A DNA stretch of 64,000 nt from Phyllobates terribilis (Eukaryota), in NCBI RefSeq assembly GCF_046119375.1, contig NW_027362764.1, positions 411,122,001 to 411,186,000 of the forward strand, in the 5' to 3' direction. A program made the position numbers and the translations under genes. The number at the start of each line of letters is the position of its first letter. Positions within the stretch are counted from its first letter, which is position 1. Positions 49,301-60,559 of this stretch are shown one piece after another. The notes under the pieces were generated by a model that did not search any database, was not told the origin of the DNA, and worked only from the letters and a program-made list of their open reading frames with translations.

Positions 49301-50012
49301 ACACATGAGTGCCTTCTTGCTGCACTACCTGCAACATGACCCTCGAATTGTGAGAATTAGAAATAATCCTGACTACTGGGTTGCCACACTGTTAGATCCC
49401 CGGTACAAAAGTAAATTTGCAGAAATTATTCCTGCCATAGAAAGGGATGCACGCATGCAGGAGTATCAGCAGAGACTGTTGCAGAATCTTACATGTGCTT
49501 TTCCACAAAATACCAGTGGTGCACGTAGTGAATCTCACAGTTCCAACTTGCCAACCGTGGGACCGTCAAGTGTTCAGCACTCAAACCGTAACAGAACCAC
49601 AGTATCTGCTGGTAACATCAATTTTGCGGAATCATTTCACCACTTTTTTAGCCCATCCTTTGCAAGGCCACAGGAGACAAGAAGTCTGACACATAGTCAA
49701 CGCCTAGAGACGATGGTACAGGAGTATCTCCAAGTAAACATTGAAGCCACGACTGTGTCACTGGACCCTTGCTCTTTTTGGGCTTCCAATCTGGATAAAT
49801 GGCCGGAGCTAGCCACTTACGCCTTGGAGATCTTGTCATGCCCCGCAGCCAGCGTTCTGTCTGAACGTGTGTTCAGCGCTGCTGGTGGTGTGCTGACAGA
49901 TAAGCGCACGCGGCTCTCCACTGATAATGTAGACAGACTCACGTTCATAAAGATGAACAAATCATGGATCCGAAACGACTTTTCTACCCCTGTGTCATCC
50001 TGGGGAGAGTAA
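46332..50012 (+). CDS. Intact hAT transposase (BED finger, DDE, hATC dimerisation domain), 1226 aa
   Basis: Uninterrupted ORF: AWAFF...CNICQQKLSRG...MNRHMDMKH; HFTTDTW; VCDNAAN; CMAHVLNL; CDVPTRWNST; DPRYK; WPELATYALEILSCPAASVLSERVFSAAG. Confidence 0.95.
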   Translation: MSGKRPAAGGKGNRRVGKGKKGCVRGVGAEERPSSSQTKMSTSFSGQCDKIPFLRPRQSLQIPAEAQKQQVLQRISSAPLSGLSSTSTSTSQILQSSKVSPKSHLLPHSSQISSCPSEYEVEQMVESAELFTHTIAWESEVDSSASVNPDEEMICTDAQNLYESDPGPDAEGSDHNVDPHSQTVTPVGGDNEEDDDKTQIPDWSDNFSFLSGQEQVGSEDDGCDNAQGDDDEVGDPTYCQPTVSQEMRSAEEVEEDASDDEVRLRLPGQRRSTGSTSTTASSNTTLPLTTSRGGSSGRMGAKPCIAWAFFQIDKDDPTRVICNICQQKLSRGQKIHSLSTSCMNRHMDMKHKLQWEAQCATMRSSRPGQPPSAISCASAASSSSVTGGTAVTPVLGRRPATSLPATASVIGRSSFSLEVVTPAGLERCPTSIAPPLDQGNLTCPPASSSQTGSLPGTPLSTPSKHNSQPSVPQMWTSKRPFPPSHEKAKRLNFTICKLLATEMLPFRLVDTEDFRDLMSVAVPQYQMPSRHYFSKKGVPALHQHVAHNITASLRNSVCDRVHFTTDTWTSRHGQGRYMSLTGHWVTMVTAGQGAAVQVLPSPRVVRQSSLCHFSSTASASSTSSRSSTCTQSLSGHATSFLTAQKGSCTPPYYAGSRAQRHQAVFTLKCLGNVSHTAEELWSALENQFHEWLSPLDLKPGKAVCDNAANLGAALRRGNVTHVPCMAHVLNLVVQQFLAHYPRLDGLLQRARSLCAHFRRSHPAAQRLTSLQKSLGLPLHRLKCDVPTRWNSTLHMLQRLWQHRQALVQYVLTYSLGQRDSEVGQITLEEWSQIRDLCTLLHSFEMATKMFSADDAIISMTIPVIYMLEHMLNRIRSQVVAQEEVEEVEEEELYAEGLTSARSRRSAAPRRQACEGGGDGFTRAHGSSQTSEEGAGAQEEVEDELMEDSSDEGDLDHIYVVRGWGERTEEGSMIVTSPPTQQGLGAPGCATHMSAFLLHYLQHDPRIVRIRNNPDYWVATLLDPRYKSKFAEIIPAIERDARMQEYQQRLLQNLTCAFPQNTSGARSESHSSNLPTVGPSSVQHSNRNRTTVSAGNINFAESFHHFFSPSFARPQETRSLTHSQRLETMVQEYLQVNIEATTVSLDPCSFWASNLDKWPELATYALEILSCPAASVLSERVFSAAGGVLTDKRTRLSTDNVDRLTFIKMNKSWIRNDFSTPVSSWGE

Positions 50013-50339
50013 AAGCTTGATGATTGGTTAAAATCACCCTACCAACCGTTTTAAGCTTTCAAATTACTAATCATGTTTATCTGTATCTTGACTGGAAAAT
50101 AATTTGGGCTTTGTAGCAGTGTGCAGCACTGATCCTATTAGGCCATCTATAATAAGCTTCACCAGATTTAAAATTAAAAATAATTTTTAGCTGCATCTAG
50201 CCCGGAAAATAATTTTGGGGCTCCGAGATGCGCAAGACACATAAGTGCCTTCTTGCTGCACTACCTGCAGCATGACCCTCATATTGTCAGAATTCGAAGT
50301 AATCATGACTACTGGGTTGCCACACTCTTAGATCCCCCA

Positions 50340-51711
50340 AACTTTTCGATCAACCTTTTCATTTTAATAAAGACCAAAAAAATGGTCATTTTTGAAATTA
50401 TAAGCATTAGCAGGTTGTTAGAAACTGAAATCAAACAGTTTTCAACTCAAAACTTTATTCTAGGTGATGTTACATTTTCACATAGGACCCCTTGTTCGAA
50501 AGGAGCTTCTGAACTCTCTCGTCCATTGAATTTGTCAGGTTTTGGATGGTTTCTGCTTCAATTGTTTTGCATGAGGACAGAATACCCTCCCAGAGCTGTT
50601 GCTTAGATGTGAACTGCCTCCCGCCATCATAGACACTCCTTTTAATGATGCTCCAAAGGTTCTGAATGGGGTAGAGGTCAGGGGAGCATGGGGGTCACAC
50701 CATAAGTTTGTCCCCTTTTATGCCCATATCAGCCAGAGATGCAGATGTTTTATGTGCAGCATGAGATGGTGCATTATCATGCAGAAAAATGATCTTGCTG
50801 TGAAATACACGGTTCTTCTTCTTGAACCATGGCAGGAAGTGCTGTTTGAGAAAATCCACATACATTATGGAGTTCATCTTTAGCGCCTTCAGGGATCCTA
50901 AAGGGGCCGACAATCTCTCTCCCCATGATTCCAGCCCAAAACATTACTCCACCTCCTCCTTGTTGGCGCTGTAGCCGTGTTTGCGTGGGGTGTCCATCAA
51001 CCAGCCATCCTCCACTCCATTCATCTGGACCATCGAGCGCTGCACGGCACTCATCCGTGAACAAAACAGTTTTGAAATCAGTCTTCATGTAATGTTTGGC
51101 CCACTGGAGCCGTTTCTGCTTGTGTGAAGTGGATAGAGGAGGTCGACAGGATGGCGTATGCACAGCTGCAAACCTCTGAAGGACCCTGCATCTTGTTGTT
51201 CGGGGGACGTTGGAGGCACAAGCAGCTTCAAAAACTTGTCTGCTGCTATGACAAGGCTTTTTTGCCGCTGCTCTTTCAACCTGACGTAATTGCCTGTAGG
51301 AAAGAGTCCTCAATTTGCCCTTATCAGCACGCACACGTGTGTACTGTGAATCAGCTACATACTTCTTGATTGCCAAGACACTTCATCCTGATCATCGCAC
51401 AATGTTGATTGTAGTCATGCCTTGACCTAAACACTCCACAATTTGTTGCTTCTCAGCAGCCGACACATCCTTTTTCTTTCCCATTTTGGCAGAAAATGTA
51501 GGCTGCTTAATAATGTGAGAGAGCCTTCTTAAGTAGTCTTGCCTTTCATTGGACACACCTGCCAAACTAATTAGCACAGGTGTCTGCAATTGCTTACAGT
51601 GATATAAAGAGCCCTGACACACATCACCATCAATGAGTTTAACTGACAAACAAACAAATTCTTCCCTTATCACTCCTAAACACTTTTTGCATAATAATTT
51701 GGAACGCGGTG
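50340..51711 (-). mobile_element. Decayed Tc1-family transposon, one end lost
   Basis: One TIR end (...GGAACGCGGTG|TA at 51711); minus-strand fragments MGKKKDVSAAEKQQIV, VLFTDEC, GGGVMFWAGI, FLHDNAPSH, PPCSPDLYPIQ. Confidence 0.88.
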
Positions 51712-51782
51712 TACATGTGCTTTTCCACAAAACACCAGTGGTTCACGTAGTGAATCTTACAGTTCTAACTTGCCAACCGTGG

Positions 51783-53605
51783 TCTGTATGGAATTGTTCA
51801 ATAAAGGGCCCAAAGTTAAGATAACATAGATGGGAGAGGTCTCTATGAATAGGAATTCCTAAGTATTTGATACCCTGTGAGGGCCAGGCAAAGGGAAAGT
51901 TGGACTGGATGGAATCCTATATGGATTTAGGGAGGGAGACATCGAGGGCCTCAGACTTCGCTGCATTGATTTTAAAATTTTACCATGTAACAAAGTGATC
52001 TATTTCAGCCATAACAGCAGGGATGGATATATGTGATTGAGTGATATATACTAGGACATCATCAGCAAATAGAGAGCACTTGTACTCGGTGCCTCCCACC
52101 TCAATCCACCTAATATTGGGGTTATGGCGAATTGATGAGAGCAGGTGCTCCGTCACTAGGATGTATAAGAGAGGGGACAGAGGACATCCCTGCCTTGTCC
52201 CATTGGTGATTGTGAAATGTGATGAAAATGTTCTGACGCACCCCCTGGGCCTTGGGACACCCGGAGCCGGACCCTTTTTGGTGGATGCTGGTGGTTGTAG
52301 TCTTCGTGGCGGCGATCCGGTTCCGTGGCTCAGGGCGGTCAAACCAGTGGCGGAACTATTTATGTGGTTTTGATGTTTAAATGTCCGACTACGCCACCCG
52401 TGGATTGCGGTCAGAGTGAACCGCCGCTACAGGGCAGACCGCTAAGGCTGGTGTTGTGGGTGCAGCAGAGCGTAGCATAACTCCCCACGGGAGGAGTATA
52501 GCCTCAGGGCAGTGTATGCGGAGGATGGGGGTGAAGGTGCAGGGCAGCAGCAGTAACGACACGGAGTCAGTGATGCAGTTCAGGGCCTTTACTCACAGTT
52601 CTTATTATCCAGACCACGTCTGCAGGTAACGGCTGCCCACGTCGTACTGTGCTCACCAGGCGAGGGGCTCAGACAACTCCCAGATAACTTTGGAGCGCTT
52701 CACAGGACCCCCTTTGTGTGTCCTTTGTCTGGCCTTTCTTACCAACACTTCTGTCCGGCTGCCTCGGGCCTTCTCTTGGTAAACTTGGCGCCAGTTTCCC
52801 TGACCCTATGTGGTGCCTTCCTAGCGGGTGGAGCAAGGGGCTGCGCCACATAAAATGTCAGAGCCTCTGGTTTCTAGCTGAGGGTCGTTTCCTGCCTCCA
52901 CTAGTTCGGGGACCGGTCTCCCCCTTTGGCCTGACCCCTCCACGCAGGTGGATTCGGGCGTGCGGTGGCGACTCGCCCGTCCGCACCCCTGGGATCCCTT
53001 CATTCCTCGTTCCTGGAGCCTTCTCCGCTCCTCTTCCTTCCTTCTCCCTCTTGCAGGCCTGGGCCTCTGTTACTAGGCCCGCCTCCGGAGCAGAGCTCAT
53101 GCAGAGCCCCTGCTCCCTGCCACTTCTGCTCAGACTTCTCTGCACTGAACTAAGATGGTGCCCACCTTTTATACTCCCTTCTCAATGCACCCAGGAACTG
53201 CTTCCTCCCTGCTCCTGCACTGCAGGGTTCCCCTTCCTCAGTGTTCCCTCCCCCCACTCCAGCCAGGGACAGGGACTGTCGTGCCCATCTCAGGGGCATA
53301 TTGGTCGCCCTGCCCCACGGCAATGTGGTGTAATGCATGCAGGTGTCGGGTCCTGATCCACACTCCATCCTTATCTGAGAGTGAGATATCACACCTCTGG
53401 GTGAGGTGCAATACGTCTGTAGCAACCGAGCCCTCGGTGCTACAGTTCCATTTATCTTCAGCCTAGGTGACGTATTGTGATACAGGGCCGTGATTTTGGC
53501 TATAAAAGGGTCCCCTAGACCCCTACCCCAAGCTTTTTAAGAGAATCATATATGGCGTGCCAGGAGACTCTATGGAATGCTTTCTCAGCATCCAACGAGA
53601 GTATC
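51783..53605 (-). pseudogene. L1-type non-LTR retrotransposon RT fragment interrupted by a solo LTR
   Basis: LSLDAEKAFHRVSW and ITALYHNT at 53475-53605; TNGTRQGCPLSPLL, FADDVLVY and IKYLGI at 51800-52233. Confidence 0.88.
52234..53472 (-). mobile_element. Solo LTR related to 23218-24232, one junction eroded
   Basis: Shares GGCCCAGGGGG..GTCA terminus, the ACCGCAATCCACGGGTGGCGTAGTCGGACA block and TATAAAAG with the 23-kb copy; no TSD recovered. Confidence 0.7.
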
Positions 53606-53759
53606 TACTTACAAATTTTTAACTGCATCTAGCCCAGGAAATACTTTGTGCCTAGTAGCAGTGTCTGCTAGTCAGCGGATTATCCCGGCTGTTAAGCAAG
53701 CTACACCACCTGTAGTTTGGACACTTAATTTTTTCAAAGGAAATGCTTCGGGACCACGG

Positions 53760-54170
53760 GATACTTAGTGAAGAGCATCAGGAGGCACCCCAAGGCATAG
53801 GGGCTGGGACTGGCACTAGGATGCCTTGCGGTGGACAGCCGAGCTCGATCCTTATAAAAGCTTTTTAACTGCAGCAGCTTTAGTGGACGCTACTGGAGCT
53901 GGAATTACGCGGCTGCTGGCATGAGACTTGCCCTCCAATAGATCCTTGTAAATGGATTTAAAGTGTATTCATTCAAATTAGAGGGACAATTTAAATTAAA
54001 AAGCTTAGAGCTGCCTCCACCACAGGGGGGCTCTCTCGACCCACCAGCGGACAGGCACCAGTATTGGGAGAGGGGGGCTGGCCATCAGGGTTCACCGCGG
54101 CTCTGGCACAAACCCGGCGACACGGAGGTGGCACGGGCAGGAGCGGACTGGCCGTCTCGGCTTCTCACTT
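53760..54170 (+). pseudogene. Possible DIRS ORF1-like remnant
   Basis: Weak resemblance only (AAALVDAT...LLA*DLPSNRSL). Confidence 0.25.
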
Positions 54171-55281
54171 TTTAGATTTTAGAAGGGCATGACATGCCTA
54201 TATCTGTGTCTCCCCCTCCTTTTACTCCTCCACCTCTTTTCTTTTCGCATGACTATATGTACTTGTCACTTTTCCATGTGTTAGTTGTGTCTTCTGAGCA
54301 GTTTGTCAGCTTTTGGACACCTTTGAAGGTGTTTTCTATGTGTTTCTATGTGTTTTTGTTTGCCTGCCATTGGTTTTAACGGTGTTCGAAGGTGTTCGAC
54401 GAACAGTTCGACGAACAGTTCGGCGAACACACGGGTGTTCGACGAACCGAACCGAACTCGAACACTACGGGGGTGGCTCAACAATAGTCATTGCCTAGCA
54501 CCCTCCACACTTGTATAGCACGCCCAATAATAAATTAGAAAAAAACTCTAAGCAGTTGCAATGGGAAACTCCAGATTCCCTTTAAACCTTTCAGTTTGCT
54601 TATTGTACTTCTAAAAGATTATGCCGCATACTTTGAAACTGTCTCGCATGCTGTGAAATATCTACAGAATCAGTCTATATTTTGCATGTCATTTTTTCTG
54701 CCTCAAAATAATGCATTTATTTGATATACTGAATATGTTACAACACATACAAATTAATTTATCTACTTAGGGCTCATCTTAAAGAGTGTATTTCATATCT
54801 GTGTCATGTCCATATGCAAAACAGATAGCATATTGGCAACCCATGGACCAATACAAGTCCATAGGGCTGGGGTGTAGAGGAATCGCAGCTTGCACCATTT
54901 TGAGCCATTTTAAGTCAGACTTGCCTCTTTAAACTCAATGGATATATAAATATAATGGATGCCATATGGATACCATCTTTGCAAGATCCATTTTTTACGT
55001 ATAAATTACAATTATTAACATAGAAATCCGTTTTTAGCTTCTTTTTTTAAAATTATTGATGTATAAAATGGATGTCAGACAGATGTAAAAAACAGACATA
55101 TGGATGACATATTGATGACTTATAGATGACAAAAATTCAGAATTTTTTTTATTTTGGATAAAAGCAAACCATTTTACATATACTCGTCTGGACCCTGCCT
55201 AAGAGCTATAGGTGAGCTGTTTCCATCATCTATATTTAAAGATGGATCTTTCTTTCAACTTTATAATGAAAGCGTTACCTG

Positions 55282-58200
55282 TAGTGTTGAGCGATACCTT
55301 CCGATATCAGGAAATATCGGATCGGATTGGATCGGCCGATACCCAAAAATTATTGGATATCGCCGATTCCGATACCAGAAACCAATGCAAGTCAATGGGA
55401 CACAAATATCGGAATGAAAATAAAGCCTTTCTTTCCTTATAGGTTAATTCTACATGAAGGAAAACAACTAACAATAATATAGAATGTATTGGGGGAGGTG
55501 GTTGCCCAAATAGATGGGAACAGTGCTCACAGTGAAACATGAAAAGCCGGCAATTCAGCAGCGGCATATACCGGTACCCGACAATTTAGAACAGAAAGAT
55601 AGAGCATCACACATAGATTAGATAGATAGAAACATGTTAGTCACATATATAATAAGTACAGTGACAGTGCTGGTTACTGTACTTGTCATTTAGTGTTAAA
55701 ATAAAGGATTTATTAAAAAAAAAATTGGCGTGGGGTTCCCCGTAAGTTTAGTCTCCAGCGGAGGTTAAGCAGACGGCTGGGGCAGATGTCTGAAGCCTGG
55801 GAAGGGGGTAATACCCACGGAGCTTCCCAGGCTACTAATATCAGCACCCAGCTGAATACCTAGCCTTTACTAGCTATTAAAATGGGGGACCCCCAAAAGA
55901 AATGACGTGGGGTCCCCCCTTTTCTAATAGCTAGCAAAGGCTAGGCAGACAGCTGGGGGCTGATATTAATAGGCCAGGAAGGGTGCCATGAATATTGGCC
56001 CCCTCCCAAGCTAGAAACACCAGCCGTCAGCCATCCCAGAAATGGTGCATCCATAGGATGCGCCAATTCTGGCACTTAGCCTCACTCTTCCCACTGCCCT
56101 GTAGCGGTGGGAGTGGGGTAATAGGGCTGGGGTTGATGTCAGCTTATAATGCCAGCTGACATCAAGCCCAGGTTAGTAATGGAGAGGCGTCTATAAGACA
56201 CCCCCATTACTAACCCCATAGTGAAAGTTAAAAAAAACACAAACACCCAGAATAAAGTCCTTTAATTGAAATAAACACACAATTCTTTATTGTTCTAAAT
56301 TAAACCATACCTACCATCACGCCCATTCCAGCTGAAGCCAATGATCTCCTGCAATAAAAGAAAAATAATAAACCAACATCATCCTTACCTTTCGATGGTT
56401 TCCAGGACGGCTTCAGCTCTGCTACATCGAGATGACAGGCTGGACCGCAGCAGAAAGCTACCATCCAGCCTGTCATCCCGCAGACACTGAGAAGCGCAGG
56501 CTTGCTTGCGCTCCTCAGTGTCTGGCTGTGACGGCATCCAGATGAGGCAACAATGAACTCAGCTCACCTCATGCACGTCACTGACAGCGTGGGAGAATTC
56601 TCCTGCGCATGCGGTGAGCGTGAGAGACTCGGCTCATCTGGATGCCATCAAAGCCTGACACTGAGGAGCGCAAGCATGCCTGCGCTTCTCAGTGTCTGTC
56701 TGCGGCATGGCAAGCAGGATGGCAGCTTTCTGCTGCGATCCAGCCTGTCATCTCGATGTAGCAGAGCTGGAGCTGTCCTGGGAACCATCAAAAGGTAAGG
56801 ATGATGTTGGTTTATTATTTTTCTTTTATTGCAGGAGATCGTTGGCTTCAGCTGGAATGGGCGTGACGGTAGGTATGGTTTAATTTAGAACAATAAAGAA
56901 TTGTGTGTTTATTTCAATTAAAGGACTTTATTCTGGGTGTTGTGTTTTTTTTAAATACTTTACTAGAAATTCATGGCGGTCATGTCTAATATTGGCGTGA
57001 CCCCATGAATTTCGGGCTTAGGGCCAGCTGATAATACCAAGCTGGCCCTAACCCCTTTATTACCCAGAGAGCCACCGCACCAGGGCCCTGGATGAGTTGG
57101 GTACAGCGCCAGAAGATGGCGCTTCTATGAACGCGCCATTTTCCGGGGTGGCAGCGGACTACAATTTGCAGCGGGGGGGGGGCAGAAAGCTTGGGCCTCC
57201 CTGCGCTGCAGATTCCAGCCCCCAGCTGCCTAGTTGTACCTGGCTGGACGCAAAAATAGGGCAAAGCCCCACGTATTTTTTTTTTTAATTATTTCATGAA
57301 ATTCATGAAATAATTAAGAAAAAAAGGGCTTCCCTATATTGTTGTGTCCAACCAGGTACAAATAGGCAGCTGGTGGTTGGGGGCAGCCTGTTCCTGCCTG
57401 CTGTACCTGGCTGGACACAAATATAGTGCGAAGCTCCACGTCAATTTTTTTTAAATTAATTCTTGAAATAATTTTAAAAAAAGGGCTTCCCTATATTGTT
57501 GTGTCCGGCCAGGTACAAATAGGCAGCTGGTGGTTGGGGGCACCCCGTCCCTGCCTGCTGAACCTGGCTGGACACAAATATAGTGCGAAGCCCCACGTCA
57601 ATTTTTTTTAAATAATTTCATGAAATTCATGAAATAATTAAAAAAAAAAGGTCTTCCCTATATTGTTGTGTCCGGCCAGGTACAAATAGGCAGCTGGAGG
57701 TTGGGGGCATCCCGTTCCTGCATGCTGTACCTGGCTGGACACAAATATAGTGCGAAGCCCCACGTCAATTTTTTTTAAATAATTTCATGAAATTCATGAA
57801 ATAATTAAAAAAAAAAGGTCTTCCCTATATTGTTGTCTCCGACCAGGTACAAATAGGCAGCTGGTGGTTGGGGGCACCCCGTACCTGGCTGGACACAAAT
57901 ATAGGGCGAAGCCCCACATCAATTTTTTTTTAATTATTTCATGAAATTCATGAAATAATTAAAAAAAAAAGGTCTTCCCTATATTGTTGTGTCCGACTAG
58001 GTACAAATAGGCAGCTGGTGGTTGGGGGCACCCCGTACCTGGCTGGACACAAATATAGGGCGAAGCCCCACATCAATTTTTTTTAAATTATTTCATGAAT
58101 TTCCTGAAATAATTTTAAAAAAATTGACGTGGGGCTTCGCACTATATTTCTGTCCAGCCAGGTACAGCAGGCAGGAACGGGCGGCCCCCAACCACCAGCT

Positions 58201-58515
58201 GCCTATTTGTACCTGGTTGGACACAACAATATAGTGAAGCCCTTTTTTTCTTAATTATTTCATGAATTTCATGAAATAATTAAAAAAAAAATACGTGGGG
58301 CTTCGCCCTATTTTTGTGTCCAGCCAGGTACAACTAGGCAGCTGGGGGGGGGAGCTTTCTTGGCCCCCCCGCTTCAAATTGCAGTCCGCAGCCATTATGT
58401 GAACTTCCGATTCCGGTATTCGATATTGTAAAAGTATCGGAACTCAGTATCGGAACTCCGATACTGCGAATATCGGTCGGTACCCGATATTTCAGTATCG
58501 GAATGCTCAACACTA
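55282..58515. mobile_element. Non-autonomous hAT element (3.2 kb), same family ends as 24786-27743
   Basis: TAGTGTTGAGC TIRs; degenerate TSD GTTACCTG/GTTAACTT; first ~1 kb and last ~110 bp closely match the 24.8-kb copy; the interior differs. Confidence 0.9.
57160..58390. repeat. ~150-170-bp tandem array with inverted terminal copies
   Basis: Units contain TTTCATGAAATTCATGAAA and CCAGGTACAAATAGGCAGCTGG; orientation flips near 58090. Confidence 0.85.
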
Positions 58516-58703
58516 GTTAACTTTGCTTATGATGAGATTACTACTGAAAAGAGATCTTTACATAACAGAAATTGTTATCTTACTGTGAGATATTTTTAAC
58601 AATACAGCACGTTTTCTTTAACTTTCACTTTGGCTAAAATAAGATTAGGTCTTCAAGTAGAGACATAACTTTTTCTCATTTGAGACTTTTTGCACCTTCT
58701 TGA

Positions 58704-59138
58704 AGGGAAACTGTCAGTAGGTTTTTGCTACCTCATTTGAGAGCAGCCTGATGATGTAGGCAAATAGACCCTGAATCCATCAATGTATCACGTAGTTTAC
58801 TGGGTGCAATGGTTCTGACACAACCAGAGTTTTTAGCTTTAACAATGCAGCAGAGCTGAGAGCTGAGAGAGCTTCCCTCGCCCACACCAGGCTCTCAGTG
58901 TACAAAGTCCATAGACACTAAGCTGCTTATCACAGAAGGGGGTGGAGTCGGACAAGAATTCACATGCTGCTGGAGCTGCTGTAGTCAGGGCTATGATAAT
59001 AACCAGGTGATAAAACCTTCATTGTAAGTAAACAACAGCACACAGCTTTACATGTGACACATTGTTGAAATCTGTGTTTTAACCCCCTACATCATGCTGC
59101 ATCAGATTACAAAGCAAAAACCTGCTGACAGATTCCCT
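58704..59138. mobile_element. T2/Kolobok-type MITE
   Basis: TTGA|AGGGAAACTGTCAG...CTGACAGATTCCCT|TTAA. Confidence 0.75.
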
Positions 59139-60559
59139 TTAAGAAAGTTTTATTACACTTATGCTTTCAAGTGGTCATGCACCAAGTCACTACAAATTTT
59201 CACAATTTTTTTTTACAAAAAGATGTAAATAAAATAAATATGGATGAATATATGCTACCTGATTTATTCTTTACAGTATGTATTATATGCCCCTATTTCT
59301 TTAGAAATAATTATGCCACTAATATAGCTGAAGCAGCTAAGAGTTATTTTAACTCAATAAATCCATATTCTTGCTATATTGCCAATAATATAGGGTTCTG
59401 TACATTAGATGTGTGCACGGAGGCAGTAAAGTGAAGGGACGTCCATACATGTTCTAAGAGCACAGACATTTCCCTTGCTTGCTGCAGCCCCACAGAATGG
59501 CTACTGAGTCATTCCTTTGAAGTGCAAATGCACCTTAAAAGGGATGTTTAATATTTCAAGTAATAGCAGTGAACTTGAAATATCTCATTAGAGGATTCTG
59601 CAGAATGCAGATAAGAGACTGTGGGCACGGGCACACGGAGATGTTCAGAAATTCATGCGAGAATCTAATTCTTCCTGGACATTATATCTACCTTCTACTC
59701 TTTGTTTTCCATTCTTGTATCCCCTTGTCTAATGCAAAAGCTGCCATAGAATGGGAAATAAGAGTCTTCTACGTGCCTATTAATCTCAAAGCCTCAGAAC
59801 TTCACGTGAAAGCTGACATGATGTGAGATCCCAGCTGTGAGCTTCAGTTATTCCACCTGCATCAAAGGCTTTTACCCATGCCAAGGTTTTACATTTTTAA
59901 TTTTCTAAGTGACATTTAGGCTCTGTTTGTAACCAAAGGATAAATTATGTAGCACAGTAAAGAAATGCCATAAGTACATAAAGATACATCGTTTCATTGG
60001 TTCTCTATGCCAGAACTGCAGCATCATCATACTGTTTAAAGGTGGGCTTTGCTCAATTGCCAAAGGATCAGTCCAACTAATAAATATTTTTATATTTTTA
60101 GATAATAGGACATTTATTTCAATGAATCAAATTTTAGTATCAAATAATTAGATGCCATTTATATAATATAAGCACATATTTTCACGTATTGCTTGGAAGT
60201 TATGTTATGCATGCCCCATATTTATCACTCTCTCTTTCTCTCTGCTTAAAGGAAACCCATTATGTTAAACATGATGTCTAATCTGTGGAAGGATGTTATA
60301 GAGTGGGATGAGATTTCAATTTAATTCCTGCTCACAGGTTGTCTACTGGTCTATTGGGCGGTCTTATCAGTGATCTCCAGCTTTCTATTTAAGTGTACAT
60401 ACAGAGATATGCTATATGGAGATTGGAGAGGAGTATTGGGACATTCCTCTTAATCATTGATTTCAGTTCCATTACAACAGGTACAGCCTCTATCCACAGT
60501 TTGCCTTTGCAAACGCTTGTGAAAGAGTTCACCTTGTGAAATTTCAACTCTGAGTGGTA

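Larger units (their letters stand above)
43583..54486 (+). mobile_element. Giant (10.9 kb) hAT transposon with intact transposase and nested cargo
   Basis: TAGAGATGAGC left end, imperfect GCTCAACAATA right end; perfect TSD GTCATTGC (43575-43582, 54487-54494); GTTCG/CGAAC subterminal clusters at both ends. Confidence 0.92.

Noticed and set aside
46332-50012. Domesticated host ZBED gene
   Set aside because: The ORF lies within TIRs, subterminal repeats and a perfect TSD, so no host gene symbol was assigned.
52669-53466. Cluster of overlapping GC-rich ORFs (up to 212 aa)
   Set aside because: They lie within a solo LTR; high GC reduces stop frequency.
54765-55205. Possible Harbinger-type MITE remnants (also 1-230, 61515-61825, 63040-63385, and hAT-like 41220-41880)
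   Set aside because: Termini and TSDs too degenerate to define by eye.
59590-59735. Protein-like frame RILQNADKRLWARAHGDVQKFMRES
   Set aside because: No donor site, no recognisable homology, and short enough to be chance.
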